DNA of 64,000 bases. It comes from Octopus vulgaris. Lineage: Eukaryota. This document shows, in pieces, positions 55,682-64,000 of the stretch. How positions within the stretch are numbered: the first letter of the stretch is position 1; each line of letters begins with the position of its first letter. Location of the stretch: contig OX597822.1 in assembly GCA_951406725.2 (NCBI GenBank), positions 110,856,001 through 110,920,000 on the forward strand, written 5' to 3'. The position numbers and the translations under genes are program-made. The notes beneath the pieces are model-generated. The model ran no database searches. It worked only from the letters and a program-made list of their open reading frames with translations, and was not told the origin of the DNA.

Positions 55682-55845
55682 CGACAGGTTTTTCTTTCAG
55701 TTTCCGTCGACCAAATCCACTCACAAGGCCTTGGTCGGCCCGAGGCTATCGTAGAAGACACTAGCGCAAGGTGCCACGCAGTGGGACTGAACCCGGAATC
55801 ATGTGGTTCGTAAGCAAGCTACTTACCACACAGCCACTCCTACGC
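55125..55845 (-). mobile_element. SINE family A whose internal (TA)n holds a palindromic insert
   Basis: Tail half 55125-55345, head half 55675-55845, foreign sequence 55404-55632 between TA runs. Confidence 0.88.
55404..55632. mobile_element. Fold-back module (palindrome 55404-55561) with hammerhead motif
   Basis: Arms ~75 bp; minus strand 55437-55474 CUGU-CCGAUGA-ACG(GCAA)CGC-GAAA-CUCAGAG-UA-ACAG; the + arm copy has a mutated core. Confidence 0.75.
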
Positions 55846-55961
55846 ACTGTTCAGAAGAACAAAATCTGAGCATGGAAACGTATACACATATTTATATCCT
55901 CCCTCTTGAAAATCGTTATGATAAGTTTGCTTGCAAATATGTGTAAGTTGTTTATATATAA

Positions 55962-56345
55962 GGAAGCACTCCGTCGGTTACGACGACGAGGGTTCCGGCT
56001 GATCCGAATCAACGGAACAGCCTGCTCGTGAAATTAACGTGTAAGTGGCTGAGCACTCCACAGACACGTGTACCCTTAACGTAGTTCTCGGGGATATTCA
56101 GCGTGACACATAGAGTGACAAGGCCGGTCCTTTGAAATACAGGTACAACAGAAACAGGAAGTAAGAGTGAGAGAAAGGTGTGGTGAAAGGGTACAGTAGG
56201 GATCACCACCAACCCCTGCCGGAGCCTCGTGGAGCTTTAGGTGTTTTGGCTCAATAAACACTCACAACGCCCGGTCTGGGAATCGAAACCGCGATCCTAT
56301 GACCGCGAGTCCGCTGCCCTAATCACTGGGCCATTGCGCTTCCAC
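55962..56345 (-). mobile_element. SINE family C
   Basis: Full copy; TSD tgtttatatataa. Confidence 0.9.
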
Positions 56346-56641
56346 TGTTTATATATAATAGGAGTGTATCAACATAAACGCCTTAGTTACACAACGCACA
56401 ACTTCAAAGGTAGCTGCCGATTTAATATCAACAAGCATCGTCGTAGAATACCAGTGAATAGTTTTTGCTATTTGATGTAAAAAAAAGGCGACTAAGAGGG
56501 GTCACGGTAGGTTCTGTATTGCGACCCCCTAAAAACCGTCACCAGCAACGACTATCCAAACAGGCCCATGAATTGGAGTTTTGTTGCCTGAGTGGTGCAA
56601 CAAATGCAACGAATGCAGAGACGCACTGTGTCACCATATGC

Positions 56642-56687
<46 letters not shown>

Positions 56688-56712
56688 AACTACTATTACT
56701 ACTACTACTACA

Positions 56713-56768
<56 letters not shown>

Positions 56769-56772
56769 TACG
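56642..56772. repeat. (CTA)n microsatellite
   Basis: Direct reading. Confidence 0.95.
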
Positions 56773-58440
56773 TAGTTTCAAGCTTCATGTTTCTGGTATG
56801 CATCACTTGAATTTCAGGTACCTCAGTTCACCCAGTACGCATTCCAGCTCTCCACATCATTTTTTAATCTTGGACCAAAATAGCACCAAGAAAACTAGAC
56901 GTAGATACACTCTCGTATAGCACTATAAGAAGAAAATGCGGATCTGTGCTCTCATATAGTTATGAAGGTTATTTCCCCGATGTGTAAAATTTGATTAAAC
57001 TTTGTCGTGATTACGTGCATTTGTATGTGAATGCATATGCATACCAGTAAATTCTTAATGGGTACAGATATAAATGCCCGTATCATGTCTTGTTCTTAAA
57101 AGAAAAGTAAGAGCGCAGTGAATACTATTGCAGAGTACTGAGTTATACTGGTGAATGTTCACAAGGCATTATTTCTAGTTTTTCGATTGCAATCTTCACA
57201 CAATAATGTAACAGAAGCAGTTATTCAAAAGAGATGAAATGCAAATATCTTAAATTTTGGACAAGCGTTCATGTGATAATAAAATGCAAAACGAACTTCT
57301 TTGTTCAGTACACAACCTTTTTTTTTTTTTAAATACAAAATTAAAAAGTAAAAGTAACGGTAATATTGAAATGAAGACAAAGTGGAAAAAATTTTTATGC
57401 AAACAATTACGATAATTTCGCTTAGTTCAGACCCAAAGTATCTCCCTTGGTGACATCAAAGAATCCATGTATTTTGTTTTATTTAAAAAAAAAAAGTTTT
57501 ATCTTTTTTCACCCAGTTTGATTTGCCAAAACCAAAAGGGATTTTCTTGCGTGTATAATTATTTCGATATCAGATTCACCAAGAAATCCAATGGCGATGA
57601 CAATGCTTTCAGGAGAAGAGTTTAGTAATGGTGGGATAAAAATCAATAATATCGAGCTGGGTAAATTGACAGTGCTGTTTGTGCCAATACTATGCAACCA
57701 TACTATTACTCACATACTATTGCTATACGAAGGAAATGGCATCATATCTGAAATTTTATCCATTTGTTTATAGTGCAAAAGCGAGATTTAGTAAAACTGT
57801 ACACACGGTTCAATTCCTAACTAGTTTGACTTCGGGTTTGCGAAGTTGTTTACCCAGAATTTAGAGTTACTAGAAAACAAAATTAAGTTATGATTTAAAA
57901 AACAGTGAGTAAACTACAAAATATTCTCTTCAATCATTTAAAGCAAGGCTGGTTGCTCTGTCTTTCGCTTTTAAGTTTATACAGTTGTATTTGGCGTGCT
58001 ACATACATTTTGTAAGATATCTGTGATGCTATTTCATAAAGGTCTATTGTGTTACTTTTCCTTTAAGCTGTGAAGGTTTTTGTTTTAGATCTCCTACAAC
58101 GTCGAGTAATTCTTTCTCCATAACTATCTATGCAAATGAGCTATACGTCGTTACACTCCACTGTACAACTATCTTTTACTCAGCACTTTACGAATATCTT
58201 TTCTGTATCATATATGTTCCTTCTTAATTTCTAGTATTTCATTGAATGGGCAACTATAATTTCTTAATTCTATTTATGGTTATATAGAATTAGTATATGT
58301 TTTCTTCTTTACATATATTTTACATAAATGTGGCTTCTGAAAATAGATATAGACTTGTGCTTCTGTGGCAGCTTATACGTTACGTTATTCGGCATCCCAT
58401 ATGTATGAATAAGTCTATGCATGTACTTACATATACATAT

Positions 58441-58478
<38 letters not shown>

Positions 58479-58646
58479 ACAATGGAGGGTAAACTTAATT
58501 AATTAATCAATTTCACCAAGTGTTCAGTATGTAAAAGGACCATTTAAGGCGAATTCAAAATATTACATTATATAATTAGGGCTTAGTAAAATAAATTACT
58601 TTGCCACATACTGAACTTAGTAGAAATAGCAGCCCAAAAAAATTTC

Positions 58647-59068
58647 TGTCCTGCAAACATGCTGAATTAAACAACACAACACATGCTCTTAATCCCTTTG
58701 GATCTTAACACCTCAAGGTAATTTTTTCGTGAACAACCATAAAACTCAAGATACACAACGAACTCACAATGTATCGGAGAACTTATTTTTAATTTTTGTA
58801 CATTTTTATCATTATTCTTTTACAAAAAACAATGCAATTTTCTTTTTTCCCCTTTCTAATTTTTAAAAAAACTTTTTAAAACATAAATATTCTTGACAAG
58901 TCATACAATGACGAAAACCGGTTGAATAAATATATATTTATATATTTTATCAATTTCTCATTTTATTAAAATTTTCTTTCATTTGAGCATTCTGCATTTT
59001 AAAAAAAATTTTTCCTTACTTATCATTTCTCCACGTGCGGTCAACACAACCCCACCATTTATTGATCT
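58647..59068 (+). mobile_element. Solo partial pLTR of the same Penelope family as 48900-53208
   Basis: Near-identical to 52814-53208, and continues into the ..ccacgtgcggtcaacacaacccccaccatttattgatc end seen inverted at 48900. Confidence 0.9.
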
Positions 59069-59678
59069 ATGTATATATATATATATGTCTGTTATGTATA
59101 TGTCATGTATTTGACATGTATATGTCTGTTACATATTATGCACATATGCGTTCATTTGATTAAGTAACTCAGAGCACATGCTGAATTTACGAATAGATCA
59201 TCTCATTATTCTATGCAAGTGAATTTTTTCTTTGTAGGAAATATAATCGGATGACACTAAGTTATTTAAAAAGCAAATCAACTTCGTTCATACAGTAAGG
59301 AAGGAGCCATCTCTTTTATTGCTAGACTAATAACTGTCTGTGCACGAAAGCTATGAATAATTTTTTCATTCTTTTCAGTTATCTCATTACACTCTCATAC
59401 ATATATACAAACATATACACAAACATATACACAAACATGCAGACACACGTGGTGCTAATACTGTATTGAAATAAACGACTGTTTCGTCATTCATTGTCCC
59501 TGATAAAATTACGTATATATCTAACCCAACACTCATCCAAGAATGTTTTGTAATAGTCCACATATCTCGATATAATCCACACATCTAGTTTCAGTAAATA
59601 TAAGAATAGAGCTAAAAGCTACATACCACCAGCAGATATGCTCTTCCTCTGTCAACATCGCCTTGCAAGAATTTATAT

Positions 59679-59812
<134 letters not shown>

Positions 59813-59814
59813 TA

Positions 59815-61270
59815 ACTTAGAATAACTTAGAAAGGTTTTTGGCCAGTATTGGCCCAGGCCATGTCTAACTTAATAGCACCACCTGGCGAAGTCTTTCAGT
59901 TCAGGATTTGGGCACCAAGGCCCATTCGAGCAGAGAGTTATTGTTTGCGGAGACATATCCGGGTGTGGGTGGTTTGTCCGGTACTGTTTGAAGGAATTTG
60001 TCCAAAGACTTCTTGAATTTTGTGTGGTCAGTTTCTTTTTTGACGTGTCCTGGTGTAATGTTGAAGAGAGCAGGTCCAAATGAGGTGAAATAGTTGTGCC
60101 GTATTGTCGTTATGTGATGCGATTTAGATTTTTGTTGTGGACGGATGGCACGTGGTCCAAGCCTTGGATGCATTTTGAAGGTGATGCCAACATTATTCGG
60201 ACAGTGCTGATGGAATATTTTCCACATCATACAGATAATGTAGCGTTCACGGCGTCGTTGGAGTGAATACAATTTCAGCTTCTCTAGTCTACCCCAGTAG
60301 TCAAGGTCTGACATGCCATCTATCTTTTTTGTGATTGACCTTTGGGGAGCTTCAATTCTCATAATATTTTGTTTTGTGTAGGGAGACCACAGTGGACAGC
60401 AGTATTCAAGGTGGGGTCGGGCAAAAGTGGAGAAGAGAAGGATAATAGCGTGGGAATCTCTCGACTGGAAGGTTCTGAGAATCCAGGAACACATTCTGCG
60501 GGCCATGTCAACTTTGCTGCTTATATGTGTAGCCCAGCTTATGTTGTTGTCCACTGTTACTCCCAGGTCTCTGATGTTGTTGGATGCCATGAGAATTTCT
60601 CCAGAAGGAAGAGAGTATGGGAGTTTCAGAGCGTCCTCCCTTCCAAAGTGGATCAGTTCGAATTTGTCTTCATTTAGCAACATGTTATTCTTTTCCGCCC
60701 ATTGGACAACAGCCAGTAGGTCTGACTGAAGGTTTATTCGGTCATCCACGCCATTGATGACCTTCTGGAGCTTGGAATCATCAGCGAAGGTTCTGATGTT
60801 GCTGTGTTTGATGGTGTCAGTAATATCATTTATGTAGATGATGAAGAGAAGTGGGCCCAACACAGTGCCTTCTGGGACACCACTGCTGACTTTGGCTGGG
60901 CTGGATTTGACTCCCTCGACTACAACATGTTGGGTTCTGTTAGAGAGGAAGCACTTGATCCATTGCAGCAGCTTTCCAGTGACACCAATATTGGACAGCT
61001 TTCTCAGAAGGATCTTATGATCAACCCTGTCAAAGGCCTTGCTGAAATCAAGGTAGATGACATCAGTGTTGGAACCCTCTCCCAAGGCTCTCAAAATGTC
61101 ATCAAAATGATGCAGTAGCTGCGTCAGGCAATCTCTCTCATTACGGAATCCATGCTGGTTGGGGTTCAGCATATTATGACTCTCAAGGAAGTGAGTCATA
61201 CGCGATCTCAGCACCCTCTCAAATACCTTGATGATATGAGAGGTGAGTGAGATTGGACGGTAATTCACGG
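59815..61270 (-). mobile_element. 5'-truncated CR1-group LINE flanked by (TA)n
   Basis: Open RT region, 3' UTR caggtggtgctattaagttagac and (ttctaagtta) tail. Confidence 0.9.
59901..61268 (-). CDS. LINE reverse transcriptase (C-terminal 455 aa, no genuine start)
   Basis: [67 protein letters not shown]. Confidence 0.9.
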   Translation of the reverse strand: MNYRPISLTSHIIKVFERVLRSRMTHFLESHNMLNPNQHGFRNERDCLTQLLHHFDDILRALGEGSNTDVIYLDFSKAFDRVDHKILLRKLSNIGVTGKLLQWIKCFLSNRTQHVVVEGVKSSPAKVSSGVPEGTVLGPLLFIIYINDITDTIKHSNIRTFADDSKLQKVINGVDDRINLQSDLLAVVQWAEKNNMLLNEDKFELIHFGREDALKLPYSLPSGEILMASNNIRDLGVTVDNNISWATHISSKVDMARRMCSWILRTFQSRDSHAIILLFSTFARPHLEYCCPLWSPYTKQNIMRIEAPQRSITKKIDGMSDLDYWGRLEKLKLYSLQRRRERYIICMMWKIFHQHCPNNVGITFKMHPRLGPRAIRPQQKSKSHHITTIRHNYFTSFGPALFNITPGHVKKETDHTKFKKSLDKFLQTVPDKPPTPGYVSANNNSLLEWALVPKS

Positions 61271-61286
61271 CAAGCGATTTGTTTCC

Positions 61287-61493
<207 letters not shown>

Positions 61494-61645
61494 TAGGTGA
61501 CACTATAGTCACTAGACCATTTCAAAATATAATAACCTTGTTGTTCATTAAATATTCGCATTCTCTATTTTGAAAACATAAATACATTATTTCGTTTTTG
61601 GATTTGGTTTGCAAGATTCCTTATATGAGTTCGTGTGTTGAAGCA

Positions 61646-61843
61646 TATTCTACTGAGTCTAGGGAGAGTCATTTTCTTTTTCTGCCTTATTATGTAACAC
61701 ACTCACCTGTAAAATTATGTAACACACATTATTATGTAACACATTCACCGCTAAAAAAAAACGAAAAATGTAGAAATTTTACCGGTGAGTGTGTTACATA
61801 ATAGGGCACAAAAGAAAATGACTCTCCCCAGACACAATAGAAT
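61646..61843. repeat. ~70-bp inverted repeat pair (MITE-like)
   Basis: tattctactgagtctagggagagtcattttc..ttatgtaacacactcacc versus ggtgagtgtgttacataatagggcacaaaagaaaatgactctccccagacacaatagaata. Confidence 0.75.
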
Positions 61844-61879
61844 AAATACATTTCTTGGTAAATTCTGTCCTTTCAAATG

Positions 61880-62720
61880 GCTATCATTTCGTTCTTGACA
61901 ATGGTAAGCTCTTTCTGAGTAGGGTTCCACGACCATTTGTAATGTTGTTCTTTTTTATTTCTTCAATTTCTTCGCCTTAAATTGCTGGATGGTCTGAAGA
62001 TTGTTATGGCATATTTTGACTTTCAGATATTCCCAAATGAAAAAGTCTGTATTCATTAAATCTGGCGAGTGTGAGGGCTAATTGAATTTTAGAGATTCTT
62101 GATCTGGGCAGTATACACTAATGGTGCCCTATAATCTGATGCCTATTTTTTTATTACCCACAAGGGGCTAAACATAGAGGGGACAAACAAGGACAGACAT
62201 AGGTATTAAGTCGATTATATCGACCCCAGTTCGTAACTGGTACTCAATTTATCGGCCCCGAAAGGATGAAAGGCAAAGTCGACCACGGCGAAATTTGAAC
62301 TCACAACGTAACAGCAGACGAAATACGGCAACGCATTTCGCCCAGCGTGCTAACGTTTCTGCCAGCTCGCCGCCTGATGCCTTCAGTTCCTGCACTAGCT
62401 GCACTATATGTGGGAATAAATTCAGCACTCTGTAAGTCCTCTATAGCAAGTTGCGGGCCTTGCCCAGCTACTGGAACCGCCATCGGGTTGATGTTGGAGT
62501 CTCTACAGTAGTCGGCTGCACACGCTGAATGTTGTCCTAAGACCTCCCTGAACTTTGTCTTCCAACATATTGCAAATAAATCACAGTCTCCTGTTCAAAC
62601 TGCTGGAATAAGTTGAGTATCGCTTGTTTAGATTCCAGTTGTCTGACATGATAATAACAAATGTAAGTTATATAGGCTACCACAATTGGGCGTTGATTTT
62701 GTGGATAAAATTCTTCTTGT
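61880..62720 (-). pseudogene. Decayed Tc1/mariner-superfamily transposase
   Basis: Minus strand *PSHSPDLMNTDFFIWEYLKVKI..QTIQQFK resembles WPP.SPDL.P.DFFLWGYLK; the upstream boundary is uncertain. Confidence 0.55.
62145..62374 (-). mobile_element. SINE family B
   Basis: Full copy; TSD ctgatgcct. Confidence 0.9.
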
Positions 62721-62766
62721 TGCTTTGTCGTGAATTTCTCATTTATTACTTTCCAAGAATTACATA

Positions 62767-63186
62767 TACTCTTTTACTCTTTTACTTGTTTCAGTCATTT
62801 GACTGCGGCCATGCTGGAGCACCGCCTTTAGTCGAGCAAATCGACCCCAGGACTTATTCTTTGTAAGCCCAGTACTTATTCTATCGGTCTCTTTTGCTGA
62901 ACCGCTAAGTGACGGGGACGTAAACACACCAGCATCGGTTGTCAAGCAATGCTAGGGGGACAAACACAGACACACAAACATATACACACACATTTATATA
63001 TATATATATATACATATATACGACAGGCTTCTTTCAGTTTCCGTCTACCAAATCCACTCACAAGGCATTGGTCGGCCCGGGGCTATAGCAGAAGACACTT
63101 GTCCAATATGCCACGCAGTGGGACTGAACCCGGAATCACGTGGTTGGTTAGCAAGCTACTTACCACACAGCCACTCCTGCGCCTAT
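62767..63186 (-). mobile_element. SINE family A
   Basis: Full copy. Confidence 0.9.
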
Positions 63187-63341
63187 CTATAAACTGAAAA
63201 AAAAACTACTAAAAATGTTAGTTGTGTTTACAATAGTGTAATGGCTTTTGACAGGACAATTAAACAAAAAAAGAAGGAAAATCAATTGAGAAATCTAAAA
63301 CCTCTATAAACTTACCAACGACCTACCTTCAGATCATCTGA

Positions 63342-63822
63342 TCATCATCATTGTTCGACCGTGGTCGAGACAATGGAATTTACTATGTTACGCCAGACTT
63401 CACGGTCCATCATAGCATTATGGAGGTCCTGTTGCTGGATGCCTGTATCCCTGGAGATTACATCAGGGTAGGAGAGTGTGCGCCCTCTGGTATTGCGAGT
63501 AGATGGCTTCCAGAGGAGAAGAGTAGAAATTACTTCTTTTTCAGCTCTACAACAATGTCCAGCAAACTGGACTCTCCTACCTTTCACAAGAGATGACACA
63601 GGTGGTAATTTCCCATATATTTGCATTTTGGTTGGATGGCGCCTCCACGAGAGATTTTGAGCTCTCATAAGGAGGCGAGTGTAGGTTCCATCCAACCGCC
63701 TCTCAAGCTTCTTTGATAACGTCCAGGTTTCTGAGCCATATAGTAGAATTGGTTCGACTGTGGCTTTGAATATTTCAAGTTTGAAGTCTCTACTTAGATT
63801 TGATGACCAGATCTTATGCATG
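63342..63822 (-). mobile_element. 5'-truncated RTE-clade LINE 3' end
   Basis: KLEIFKATVEPILLYGSETWTL..FAGHCCR..MDREVWR; (TGA)n tail; TSD-like tcatctga at 63334 and 63823. Confidence 0.88.
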
Positions 63823-64000
63823 TCATCTGAAGTGGAACTGTGCTATGTTCAAGTGACTGATAACGCGATGTGTACCATTTATTTAACCATTCATTTCCCT
63901 GTTAATTATATTTTCATTCCGGTATTTGCTTCATAATAATTTTAACGTATTGTTGTTTAATTCCGTCGGCCAATGTACCCCAGGTTCGGGGCGGGGTACT

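Noticed and set aside
60342-61118. Plus-strand ORFs overlapping the LINE RT (likewise minus-strand ORFs over the PLE)
   Set aside because: Antisense shadows of the real reading frame.
61494-61508. TAGGTGACACTATAG, a 15-nt match to the SP6 promoter
   Set aside because: Part of a local hairpin (gtgac-actata-gtcac) with no vector sequence on either side; treated as chance.

Overview
AT-rich, microsatellite-dense eukaryotic DNA with no confidently identifiable host gene. The SINE families and repeat style suggest a cephalopod (octopus-like) intron or intergenic region; that is an inference. Nearly all ORFs in the track are microsatellite or SINE translations. Real coding remnants all come from transposons: a near-complete Penelope-like element (RT + GIY-YIG) with an inverted pLTR (48900-53208), a 5'-truncated CR1-group LINE (59815-61270), an RTE LINE 3' end, R4/Dong-like RT and REL fragments, an L1/Tx1-like fragment, a decayed mariner, a Tc1-like fragment, a Helitron 3' end, and a hAT (Charlie/SPIN-like) transposase carrying an in-frame 45-bp x13 expansion. 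Four tRNA-derived SINE families, three or four MITEs, a 112-bp minisatellite and a 67-bp 28S rRNA fragment are also present. The most striking signal is about 17 minimal type I hammerhead-ribozyme-like motifs of roughly seven sequence types. Many have non-canonical cores (U3-A8 covariation, U4C, A6U) and palindromic stem III. Almost all lie in short Penelope-terminus-like modules embedded in (TA)n tracts, and several of these modules are fold-back palindromes.
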